A stretch of DNA of 64,000 nucleotides from Syntrophorhabdaceae bacterium. GTDB lineage: Bacteria > Desulfobacterota > Syntrophorhabdia > Syntrophorhabdales > Syntrophorhabdaceae. Below are positions 1 to 9,535 of the stretch, piece after piece. Where the stretch lies: assembly GCA_963666485.2 (NCBI GenBank), contig CAXXUO010000002.1, positions 320,001 to 384,000 of the forward strand, in the 5' to 3' direction. The number at the start of each line of letters is the position of its first letter. Position 1 is the stretch's first letter. Position numbers and translations under genes: made by a program. Below the pieces are notes generated by a model. The model worked only from the letters and a program-made list of their open reading frames with translations, was not told the origin of the DNA and made no database searches.

Positions 1-2
1 TA

Positions 3-1640
3 CGGGACCTGACCGCCCTCGGGATCGCAGCGATCATTGGCGCCGGGATCTTTTCGGCCATAGGAAATGCGGCGTACTGGGGTGGTCCGGCAATAATCTT
101 TCTCTTCATTTTTACAGCCTTTGCCTGCGGGTGTACCGCCATGTGCTACGCTCAGTTCGCTTCCATTATCCCGATATCGGGGTCCGCGTATACCTATGCC
201 TATGTTGTCTTCGGTGAACTGGCCGCGTGGATCATGGGGTGGGACCTGCTTATGGAATATGCGATCGGCAATATAGCCGTGGCGATCTCCTGGAGCAACT
301 ATTTTGTCGAACTTCTGGCCGGCTACAATATTGCCATCCCGGATTTCCTTGTCATCGACTACAGGTCAGCATTAAGCGGCGCCGAGGTCATTCAGGGGCA
401 TCTCGCCTCCGGCCATACCATGGACACCATCGCGGGATTGCCGGGGGCAACGCTCCTTATGCGGGCTTTTTCAGCGTGGCAGGGTGCGCCCGTCGTGTTC
501 GGGTACAGGATAATTTTCAATCTGCCGGCACTTATAATCATACTCATGGTCACCGTGCTCATTTATATCGGCATACAGGAATCGAAGCGCGTGTCCAACG
601 CGATGGTCCTCGTAAAGGTCCTCACGATAATCCTCGTCATCGTAGCGGGTTCTTTTTATATACGGCCTGCGAACTGGATGCCCTTTGCGCCAAACGGCCT
701 CGATGGCGTCATGAAAGGGGTTTCGGGGATCTTCTTCGCATATATAGGCTTCGATGCCCTGTCGACGACTGCGGAGGAGTGCAGGGACCCGCAACGGGAC
801 CTCCCCCGGGCAATGTTCGGCGCATTAGGGGTATGCACGGTGCTCTACGTACTGCTTGTCCTCGTTCTTACCGGGATGGTCCATTACAGCAAACTCCAGG
901 TCGGCGACCCTCTCGCGTTTGCCTTTGGCAAACTCGGCGCCAACGTGCAATGGCTTATGGGGATCATAGCCGCAAGCGCGGTCGTCGCGATGGCATCGGT
1001 TCTTCTCGTGTTCATGCTGGGGCAGCCCCGCATATGGATGGCCATGAGCCGTGACGGGCTTCTCCCCCCGGCATTCTCAGCGATACACCGGAAGTTCAGG
1101 ACGCCCTGGCTGGCTACCATCATGACGGGCCTGTGCGTGGGGGTCCCGTCTTTGTTCATGAACCTCAACGAGGTCACAGACCTGTGCAGTATCGGCACCC
1201 TTTTTGCCTTCAGTGTCGTGTGTGCGGGCACCCTTATATTCGACATTACCGGTCACAAAGGGACAGGCAAGTTCCATGTGCCCTATATTAACTCACGGTA
1301 TGTATTCACCCCCGCCCTGGTCATCGTCGTCGCGGTCTATTTCTCCTTATGCCCGCAAAAACTGATCCTTTTTCATGGCATCCAGCGCATCGGGATCGCG
1401 AGCCCGGTTATCATCTTTGCGTTTTTCAGCCTTGTCCTCTGCTATTTTTCCGTGACGCGCCAGCTCTCCCTTATACCTCTCATAGGGCTCGAAAGCTGTA
1501 TGTACCTTATGACCGAGCTTACCATGAGTTCCTGGCTCAGATTTACGATCTGGATGGGCTTTGGACTGGCGATCTATTTCTTTTACAGCCGGAACAGGAG
1601 CAAGCTCCGCACTGTCATGAAGGGTCCGCTTCCCGAATAG
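3..1640 (+). CDS. APC-family amino acid permease (cationic amino acid transporter-like), 5'-partial
   Basis: Frame is open from the window start (RDLTALGIAAIIGAGIF). Motifs SGSAYTY, FFAYIGFD, EECRDPQRDLP and MSRDGLLP; many TM helices. Confidence 0.93.
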   Translation, partial: RDLTALGIAAIIGAGIFSAIGNAAYWGGPAIIFLFIFTAFACGCTAMCYAQFASIIPISGSAYTYAYVVFGELAAWIMGWDLLMEYAIGNIAVAISWSNYFVELLAGYNIAIPDFLVIDYRSALSGAEVIQGHLASGHTMDTIAGLPGATLLMRAFSAWQGAPVVFGYRIIFNLPALIIILMVTVLIYIGIQESKRVSNAMVLVKVLTIILVIVAGSFYIRPANWMPFAPNGLDGVMKGVSGIFFAYIGFDALSTTAEECRDPQRDLPRAMFGALGVCTVLYVLLVLVLTGMVHYSKLQVGDPLAFAFGKLGANVQWLMGIIAASAVVAMASVLLVFMLGQPRIWMAMSRDGLLPPAFSAIHRKFRTPWLATIMTGLCVGVPSLFMNLNEVTDLCSIGTLFAFSVVCAGTLIFDITGHKGTGKFHVPYINSRYVFTPALVIVVAVYFSLCPQKLILFHGIQRIGIASPVIIFAFFSLVLCYFSVTRQLSLIPLIGLESCMYLMTELTMSSWLRFTIWMGFGLAIYFFYSRNRSKLRTVMKGPLPE

Positions 1641-1708
1641 GACAAATCTATGCCGGCCGGCGCATCAACCTTGTGATAGAAACCGCGATATGGTAAAAAT
1701 CCGTTATC

Positions 1709-2875
1709 ATGCCCATTCAAACGGCGAAAACCATTGACTCAGGCGAATTGCCGGCTGCGAAAAAAGTCCAGCGGATGTCGTACCTCGACAATCTCCGGCT
1801 CCTTTTTACCCTGCTCGTCATCGTCCACCATATATGCCTCACCTACACGGGGGAAAGAGGCTGGTATTGTTACGAGATTATCAATGACCCGTTTACGAAC
1901 CTCGTCATGGTCCTTCTCATGACCACAGGCAGGAATTGGGTCCTGCAATTTTTCTTTCTCCTGTCGGGATATTTCACGCCGGGGTCCCTCGACAGGAAAG
2001 GCCTCCAGGTATACATCAAGGAACGCCTTATCCATATCGGAATACCTCTTGCCATTTTCTGGTTTTTGATCCGGCCGATACTCTATTACATTACGAATAA
2101 GAACAAATTGCCGTATTCATTTCTCGAAGGCCTTTTTACCCTGAAGCTTGCTTCACCGGGACAAGCATGGTTCCTGGAGGTACTTCTCATTTTTTCGGTC
2201 ATCTATGGCCTGCTGTGGTATGTACGCAAACCCCGGACGGGCCCGGAAAGGAAGGAAATGCCGTTCCCTTCGACCGGCGCCATTTTCCTGTTTATATGTG
2301 GCCTTTCGATCATAACGTTCATCATCCGTATGTTTCTGCCGGGAGATATGCAGGTATTGTACTTGCGCCTGGGCAATTACGCGGATTACATTGCATTCTT
2401 CGCGCTGGGAATAGTGGGGTACCGCAACAAATGGCTCGATAAGCTATCCGACCGGACAGGGCTTCAATGGACCCTCATAACGGCAGCCGCGTTTATCGTG
2501 TACTGTGCGTTCGTCACAAACTCATGGGCATCACACGAAAGCCTGGCCTATTTGCGCGGGGGATCATCCGTCAAGACATTTATTACGACCTGGCTTGGGA
2601 CGCACATCGCGATCGGCATCTCTATCAGTTTTACGTATCTTTTCAGGAAATTCGTGAATTTTAAGTCAGCGCTCCTCAAGGCAATGGCAGCCGAGGCGTA
2701 TCCCGTGTTTATCTTTCATGCACCCGTCGTCATCGCCGTAACATATGCCGTTCATGACCTCGCGTCGTGGCCGTTTTTGAAATTCAGTTCAAATTTCGTG
2801 CTATCGACTGCCATATGCTTTCTCGTCTGCCGATACGTCGTACGTAAGATACCGTATGTAAATAAGGTAGTCTGA
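1709..2875 (+). CDS. Acyltransferase family 3 (OpgC-like) membrane protein
   Basis: N-terminal RMSYLDNLR...VIVHH, FFFLLSGYF and WFL motifs; about 10 TM helices. Confidence 0.85.
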   Translation: MPIQTAKTIDSGELPAAKKVQRMSYLDNLRLLFTLLVIVHHICLTYTGERGWYCYEIINDPFTNLVMVLLMTTGRNWVLQFFFLLSGYFTPGSLDRKGLQVYIKERLIHIGIPLAIFWFLIRPILYYITNKNKLPYSFLEGLFTLKLASPGQAWFLEVLLIFSVIYGLLWYVRKPRTGPERKEMPFPSTGAIFLFICGLSIITFIIRMFLPGDMQVLYLRLGNYADYIAFFALGIVGYRNKWLDKLSDRTGLQWTLITAAAFIVYCAFVTNSWASHESLAYLRGGSSVKTFITTWLGTHIAIGISISFTYLFRKFVNFKSALLKAMAAEAYPVFIFHAPVVIAVTYAVHDLASWPFLKFSSNFVLSTAICFLVCRYVVRKIPYVNKVV

Positions 2876-4726
2876 TCAATCATTGCCATCTTCTGCCTCG
2901 ACGTATGCGTACCCTTTCCCCCAACCATATCCCGGTTCTTTTTCTATGGACAGGAGATCATGTATTCTCCTGGCGGCACAGATAATGATAATGAAGATGA
3001 GGAACATGATGAGGGCCGACAGGGCTGCAAGCAGGTAGAGCCGGTTCGGCAGGTAATTTACCGTAATATTTATATAGCCTGCCCAGAGTGTGATCACTCC
3101 CATTGCCATCCCCGGCAGGAGCGTTATCCAGACATATTTCTTTTTACCCAGGCGTATCAGCATCGTGCTCGTGATGATAAGGGCGCAGGACGCGAGCAGC
3201 TGGTTGCTTATCCCGAAAAGCGGCCATATCGTCGTTATGGACCCGGTGTACAGCAGATAGCCCCACATGAAGGTGAAAGCAACGCCGCACGTTATCATCC
3301 CGGGGATCCAGTTGTGGTCGTTGAATTTCGGGATGAACCTGCCGGTCATCTCCTGCAGGAGGAACCTGCCGGCCCGCGTTCCCGCGTCGATGAGCGTCAG
3401 GATGAACACGGCTTCGAACATGATGGCAAAGTGGTACCAGTAGGACATCATCCTGTCCATTGCTGGTATCTTTGAAAATATGTACGAGATCCCCACGGCG
3501 AGGGATACGGCGCCGCCCGGCCGTGCCGCGAGATTTTCATGGATCATTTCCGAGAACCAGGGAAGGTCGACCGGGGTCATGCCGAGCCCTCTATACATTT
3601 CCGCGGATGAGTTTATTGCGAAATAATCAGCCGGAACGAGAACGCATGCGGCTATAAGGGCCATCATGGCAACGATCCCTTCGAAAAGCATTGCGCCGTA
3701 CCCGACGAAGAGAATGTCTCTCTCGCTGGCTATCATCTTGGGCGTCGTGCCTGACGATATGGTCGCGTGGAACCCCGAAATGGCCCCGCATGCGATTGTT
3801 ATAAAGATAAAGGGAAAGACACTGCCCGGTATGACAGGGCCTCCGCCGTATACAAATTCAGTAAACGCCGGCATCTGGAACGACGGCCTCAAAAATACAA
3901 TGCCGACCGCGAGCGCACAGATCGTCACGGTCTTGAGGAACGTCGACAGGTAATCCCGCGGTGCGAGGAGAAGCCAGACGGGGAGCACCGATGCCAGGAA
4001 GGCATACGCGGGAAGAAACAAAGAGATCTGCTTTTTCGACAGCGTAAAGAATTTTCCCAGGACCGGGTTTTCAACGAGCGAATTCCCGAAGAACACGGCC
4101 AGGAACAAAAGGGCTATCCCTATAATGCTTGCCACGACAATCCCCGTATTTCCCGGCCTTCGCATAATGATCCCCATAATGACGGCGGCCGGTATGGTTG
4201 TCGCGACGACGAGGGTGCCCCAGGGACTGTCCGATACTGCGTTCGTCATTGCGATCGACGCGCCCGCGATCGTCAGCACGAGGATGAGCAGGAATGCAAG
4301 AGAAGACACCGCACCCGCTGTTTTCCCGATCTCATTCTTCGCAATATTGGCAAGGCTCTCGCCATTGTGCCGGACGGAAGCAAAAAGAATGACGATGTCG
4401 TGAACGGCCCCGCCGAGGACGGCCCCGATAAGGATCCACAGTGCACCCGGCAGATAACCGAACTGTGCCGCAAGAACGGGCCCCGCGAGCGGCCCTGCTC
4501 CTGCTATTGCGGCAAAGTGATGTCCAAAAAGAACGAACCGGTTTGTCTTGTGATAGTCGATGCCGTCGGCCATAGCGATGGCCGGTGTAGGCCGGGACCC
4601 ATCAAGCTCGAGGACCTTCCTGGCTATAAACAAACCGTAGAATCGATAGGCGATCGCGAAGATGCACAGCGCAGCTAACACAAAAGCAGCAGGGGTAGCG
4701 AGAATTGAATGGTTGAACGGGTTCAT
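2876..4726 (-). CDS. cstA: Carbon starvation protein A (peptide/pyruvate transporter)
   Basis: LFGHHFAAIAGAGPLAGPVLAAQFG, ITIACGAISGFH and WPLFGISNQLL motifs. Confidence 0.93.
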   Translation of the reverse strand: MNPFNHSILATPAAFVLAALCIFAIAYRFYGLFIARKVLELDGSRPTPAIAMADGIDYHKTNRFVLFGHHFAAIAGAGPLAGPVLAAQFGYLPGALWILIGAVLGGAVHDIVILFASVRHNGESLANIAKNEIGKTAGAVSSLAFLLILVLTIAGASIAMTNAVSDSPWGTLVVATTIPAAVIMGIIMRRPGNTGIVVASIIGIALLFLAVFFGNSLVENPVLGKFFTLSKKQISLFLPAYAFLASVLPVWLLLAPRDYLSTFLKTVTICALAVGIVFLRPSFQMPAFTEFVYGGGPVIPGSVFPFIFITIACGAISGFHATISSGTTPKMIASERDILFVGYGAMLFEGIVAMMALIAACVLVPADYFAINSSAEMYRGLGMTPVDLPWFSEMIHENLAARPGGAVSLAVGISYIFSKIPAMDRMMSYWYHFAIMFEAVFILTLIDAGTRAGRFLLQEMTGRFIPKFNDHNWIPGMITCGVAFTFMWGYLLYTGSITTIWPLFGISNQLLASCALIITSTMLIRLGKKKYVWITLLPGMAMGVITLWAGYINITVNYLPNRLYLLAALSALIMFLIFIIIICAARRIHDLLSIEKEPGYGWGKGYAYVEAEDGND

Positions 4727-5113
4727 GCCTGGCTCCTTTTAGCGGTTGGTACCGGGTCACCGCGCGATACCTGCATGATAACTTCCATCCGGAAATGATG
4801 ATGTTCGATAGCACGGTGAACTGCCATATGACCACATGTCCTGTGATCGTGAACAGGCTATCATGACGTGTGCGTTGACGGTTGTCGTCCATCTTAAGGG
4901 TTCTTCATAAACGTCCGTTTATTTACAATTCCACGAATGTCCCGGAGAAGGCCGGACGCATGGACGAACCTTCCGCACGATAGTCATATCTTTTTCATTT
5001 TGGTTGACGGGATTAGTCAATACCAGACTACAGAAATTCTCCCGGCTCCGGGCTATGATGGCTACGTTCAAAGACAATGATGTGCAGTCATACGGGCATA
5101 CGGAGGATATACC

Positions 5114-6832
5114 GTGACAATTCAAAGCCTTACGCGCAGGAAAGATGTCACCCTCATTATTTCGGAAAATTCCCGGGCACATGAAAAGAGCGATGCCGGG
5201 ACGGGCCTTCGCAAAGAACTCGGTGTGACCGATCTGGTGGCCTTTGGTATTGCACTCATCGTTGGAGCAGGGATCTTTTCAACCATCGGCAATGCCGCCT
5301 ATTGGGGAGGGCCTGCGGTTATATTCCTCTACATATTCATGGCGATTGCATGTGCCTGCACGGCCCTGTGCTATGCCGACTTCGCATCCCGCCTTCCCGT
5401 TGCCGGATCGGCGTATACATACTCCTACGTGGCTTTCGGGGAGATCGTCGCCTGGGTGATCGGCTGGACCCTGATAATGGAGTACACGATAGCCGCAAGC
5501 GCGGTCTCGATATCATGGAGCGATTACTTCACAGGTTTTATCTCGGGGTACGGTTTTAATGTGCCGCATTTCATGACCATGGACTATTTCAGTGCCTCGA
5601 AGGGCGCCCGGAGAATAACAGAGCTGTTAAGCCAGGGGCACACCCTCGAGTCTTTACGAAATACGGCGGGCATGGGAGGGTCATTACAGGCGTACGCAGC
5701 GTGGGAGTCGGCCCCGCGGTTCCTCGGGGTCCCGGTCGTTTTCGATCTGCCCGCGTTGTGCATCGTTTCCCTTATCACCATTTTAAGCTACGTCGGCATA
5801 CGCGAATCGAAGCGCGTCACGAACGGCATCGTCGCCATCAAGATCGCAACCATTCTGTTCGTCATCGTTGCAGGTGCCTTCTATATCAGGCCCGAAAACT
5901 GGAGTCCTTTCGCGCCAAACGGCATGAGCGGGGTTCTCAAAGGCGCTTCCGCCGTATTTTTTGCCTACCTGGGATTCGATGCCATATCGAATACCGCTGA
6001 AGAATGCAGGAACCCCCGGCGGGACCTCCCGCGCGGCATCATATATTCGCTCCTGATCTGTACGCTTCTTTACGTCGCGCTTGCGCTGGTTTTGACCGGA
6101 ATTGTCAATTACAGAAACCTGCGCGTGGGCGACCCCCTTGTAGCGGCCTTTGCCGCAGACGGCGCCAACCTGCAGTTCGTATCAGGCATTGTGGGCGCCA
6201 GCGCCGTCGTGACGATGGCGACGGTCGTCCTTGCCCTTATCATCAGCCAGCCCCGGGTGTTGATGTCCATGGGGAGGGATGGTCTTTTGCCGTCCATTTT
6301 TTCCTCGATCCACCCGAAGTTCCGCACACCGTGGTTTTCGACCATTCTTACAGGGATCGTCGTGGCCGTGCCGACGCAATTTATGAGCCTGACAGCGGTC
6401 ACTGACCTGACGAGTATCGGGACGCTCTTTGCTTTCATTCTCGTTTGCGGAGGCGTTCTCGTTCTTGACCGAAACCCGAATTTCCCCCGGGGAAGTTTCA
6501 GGCTCCTCTATATCAATTCGCAGTATATATTCACGCCCGTGATCGCAGCCATCATCGCGGGCCTCGCCATACACGACCCGAACGACGTGAGTGTATTCAA
6601 ACATCCGCACCTTATTGCATTCTACGGGGCCACCATATGCCTCGCGTACGTAAGCATCCGGAAAAAACTGTCCCTCATCCCCCTCATGGGCGTCGAGATA
6701 TGTTTCTATCTCATGACGGAACTGGGCAGCACCACGTGGACCGGCTTTATCATCTGGTTATCGATCGGCCTTCTCTGCTACTTCCTCTACGGAAGAAAAA
6801 ACAGCAGGTTGAACGGCCATGCACAGCACTAA
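5114..6832 (+). CDS. APC-family amino acid permease (paralog of 3..1640)
   Basis: GTG start with GGAGG RBS; GAGIF, AGSAYTY, FFAYLGFD and RDGLLP motifs. Confidence 0.93.
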   Translation: MTIQSLTRRKDVTLIISENSRAHEKSDAGTGLRKELGVTDLVAFGIALIVGAGIFSTIGNAAYWGGPAVIFLYIFMAIACACTALCYADFASRLPVAGSAYTYSYVAFGEIVAWVIGWTLIMEYTIAASAVSISWSDYFTGFISGYGFNVPHFMTMDYFSASKGARRITELLSQGHTLESLRNTAGMGGSLQAYAAWESAPRFLGVPVVFDLPALCIVSLITILSYVGIRESKRVTNGIVAIKIATILFVIVAGAFYIRPENWSPFAPNGMSGVLKGASAVFFAYLGFDAISNTAEECRNPRRDLPRGIIYSLLICTLLYVALALVLTGIVNYRNLRVGDPLVAAFAADGANLQFVSGIVGASAVVTMATVVLALIISQPRVLMSMGRDGLLPSIFSSIHPKFRTPWFSTILTGIVVAVPTQFMSLTAVTDLTSIGTLFAFILVCGGVLVLDRNPNFPRGSFRLLYINSQYIFTPVIAAIIAGLAIHDPNDVSVFKHPHLIAFYGATICLAYVSIRKKLSLIPLMGVEICFYLMTELGSTTWTGFIIWLSIGLLCYFLYGRKNSRLNGHAQH

Positions 6833-6856
6833 AAAAATACTATCAGGAGGCAGTTT

Positions 6857-8572
6857 ATGGAGATCAAAGGCAAACGGATTCTTGTCCTCGGCGGATACGG
6901 GGAAGTAGGGTCGGCTGTCTGCCGCCAACTTCTCATTTATGAACCGGAAATGCTGGTCGTTACATCATTACGGCAATCAGAGGCACACGATGCAGCGAGG
7001 GAGCTGCAAGACGAATATCATTTGCCGTGTGAAATAAAACATGACTTCGGGAATCTTTTTGTCCGTTTCGAACATCGGGACAAGACGATAGACGCGATCA
7101 TCAAGGACCCGATGTTGCTGCGCCAGCTGGTCGATGACAACCTTGCCGAATTGAACAGGGAGATCCTCGGTTCGTCGACGCTGTACAGGCTCATAACCGA
7201 ATACAATCCGGATATCATCATCGATTGCATCAATACGGCGACGGCGCTGGCGTACAGGGATGTTTTCTACGCCTACAGCACGATGCGCGCGGACATGGCC
7301 GCTGGTGCTGCAAATGACGCCGCCGATGTCGGGTATTCGCTCCTTGCGACCATTGCTATTCCGCCGCTCATTCGCCACGTCCAGATCTTGAATGAGGCGA
7401 TGAAAAGGGTCGGCACCCAGGTTTATCTGAAAATAGGGACAACCGGTACCGGCGGAATGGGGCTTAATATACCGTTCACCCACGGGGAAGAAAGCCCGTC
7501 ACGGTTGCTCATGGCAAAGTCCGCACTTTCCGGCGCCCAAACAATGCTGCTCTTTACAATGAACAGGACGCCCGGCTGGCCGGTCATCAAGGAGATCAAG
7601 CCCGCTGCGATGATCGGATGGAAAGAGGTGGCAAAAGGTGCCATAACCCGCCCCGGGAAACAGTTCAACGCCTATGATTGTGATGGAACGGCGGCATATC
7701 CATTGACGCGGGGCCTCACGTTCCAGTTCAACGGGACGAAGCATGGCACACAGCTGCAGCAGAAGACGCTCGAAGGAATTTATGTCGATACGGGGGAGAA
7801 CGGGATATTCTCCCGTGACGAATTCAAGCTCATCACGGCACTCGGGCTTATGGAATTCGTTACGCCGGAAGAGATCGCCCATACCGCCATGCTTACGATA
7901 CTCGGTATCGATACATCGAAGGACGTCATCGGGGCAATTGAGGGAGCGGTCATGGACCCGAGCTACCAGGCCGGCTGCCTCAGGGACTCCGCAGTCAAGC
8001 GTATGGATGCCATGGGAAGACAGGGCGTCGGATATGGCTATTTAGGGCCGCATCCCACCAAACTTCTCTTTGAGGCAAGCCTTTTGCGCCAGTGCTTCGG
8101 AAATGTCGAGAACATCCTCGCCCTCACACCGGCGGAGCTTGCTTCGGCCCTGGAGGATTACGTTTATAACAACCAGGCATTCCGGATAAATCCGATCTCG
8201 ATCGGCATTCCCATTCTCGCGTCTGACGGGTCTAAACTTCTTTGCGCGACAAGGCCCAATCGGGACAAGAGCTGGGAAGTCGAACCCTGGGAGATAACCG
8301 ACGAGTCCATCGATACATTTGCCGCACGTGAATGGATAGACTTGAGGCCCCGCAACATGGCGCGGTGGCAGGACCGTTTCCGGAATGTTCTCGGTGAAGT
8401 GCTCTGTTCTTCTCTGTGCACAAGCTCCCGGTCCCACGGCGGAGAATGCATTGAAACACGGGATGGAGCAACACCGATCGATGCCGGCGAGGTCGTAGCG
8501 CGCGTCCTCATCGACGAGTTCGGTGGCGGCCGCAACAAGGCCTATACATCGGCGGGAGGAAAATACATATAG
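6857..8572 (+). CDS. Uncharacterised NAD(P)-binding Rossmann-fold oxidoreductase (571 aa)
   Basis: AGGAG RBS; N-terminal ILVLGGYGEVG nucleotide-binding motif and PDIIIDCIN; long C-terminal region of unknown function. Confidence 0.7.
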   Translation: MEIKGKRILVLGGYGEVGSAVCRQLLIYEPEMLVVTSLRQSEAHDAARELQDEYHLPCEIKHDFGNLFVRFEHRDKTIDAIIKDPMLLRQLVDDNLAELNREILGSSTLYRLITEYNPDIIIDCINTATALAYRDVFYAYSTMRADMAAGAANDAADVGYSLLATIAIPPLIRHVQILNEAMKRVGTQVYLKIGTTGTGGMGLNIPFTHGEESPSRLLMAKSALSGAQTMLLFTMNRTPGWPVIKEIKPAAMIGWKEVAKGAITRPGKQFNAYDCDGTAAYPLTRGLTFQFNGTKHGTQLQQKTLEGIYVDTGENGIFSRDEFKLITALGLMEFVTPEEIAHTAMLTILGIDTSKDVIGAIEGAVMDPSYQAGCLRDSAVKRMDAMGRQGVGYGYLGPHPTKLLFEASLLRQCFGNVENILALTPAELASALEDYVYNNQAFRINPISIGIPILASDGSKLLCATRPNRDKSWEVEPWEITDESIDTFAAREWIDLRPRNMARWQDRFRNVLGEVLCSSLCTSSRSHGGECIETRDGATPIDAGEVVARVLIDEFGGGRNKAYTSAGGKYI

Positions 8573-8748
8573 CGATAACTCTCAATGTACCGGTGTCTGC
8601 ACCCTCTTGATAGATGGTCAAACAAAGAGTCCTCCGTGCATTACCCTGCATCATACCGCAGGCACCGGTACATGTTTTGTACCTTCCGGCATTGCCTGAT
8701 ACGTCCCGCATGACTGAAAAATCTCATGATGCCTGACGGGGAATTCTC

Positions 8749-9270
8749 TTGGGAGCAATTGTTCACGCAATCAAAGCCCGATATCTATGGAATGCAGTCC
8801 TTATAGTCATCATTTCCGTGTCCGTGACCGTTCCTGCTTCCGTCCTGTATTGTCATCGGGCATACGCGGATTCGGCCCGGTCGGCCATCCAGATATCGGC
8901 GAGAGTCTTATCACATTTTCATATCACGATGATCCACCAGGTATCACAGATCGAGATAACGCGGACGGATATTAAGCGGGGATATAAAGACATTGCCAAC
9001 GCATTGCATTTCGAGGTAGCCAGCAACAACCCGCACGGGTATACACTGGTGTTTGGTCAGCAGTGTCCTGCATTCAAGGGGATACACGCAAGGACCGGAG
9101 GAACAGATATCTACATCGATGGGTGTCAGGGTATGATCAAAAGGCCCTGCGCCAGGGGCCCTGAGGTCGTTACGTTCAGTTACCGGCTGATCCTGTCAGA
9201 CCATGTTGAACCGGGCACATACGCATCCCCCGTATATGTTCGACCTACGGACGTTGTGCCCGATTCGTAA
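8749..9270 (+). CDS. Hypothetical exported beta-rich protein (possibly pilin-like)
   Basis: Hydrophobic N-terminus ending AYA-D; C-terminal FSYRLILSDHVEPGTY resembles pilin/spore-coat-U-type ends. Start uncertain. Confidence 0.5.
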   Translation: MGAIVHAIKARYLWNAVLIVIISVSVTVPASVLYCHRAYADSARSAIQISARVLSHFHITMIHQVSQIEITRTDIKRGYKDIANALHFEVASNNPHGYTLVFGQQCPAFKGIHARTGGTDIYIDGCQGMIKRPCARGPEVVTFSYRLILSDHVEPGTYASPVYVRPTDVVPDS

Positions 9271-9535
9271 CAGGACCATGAACGCGATCGTATTCTTCGC
9301 AGCGAGGTTACCATTCCCCCCAGGGATCGAAGGTGCGCCAATAATGGTCGTCGCAATACGTGCAAGATCCATATATAAAGCAATCGGCCTTTACAGGGTG
9401 AGAACAATGTTTAAAGAAAGTGTAAGGCGAATTAACGTAGGTACCCCGTGCGAGCCATACGGAAGTCTCTACTTTTTCCTTTAACTGTATAGCTTCGTCA
9501 GTAGTGTGAGGAGAATAAAATCCAGTAATCATGTT

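Noticed and set aside
9279..9532. Short ORFs between the exported protein and guaD
   Set aside because: Overlapping short ORFs on both strands with no motif or convincing RBS.
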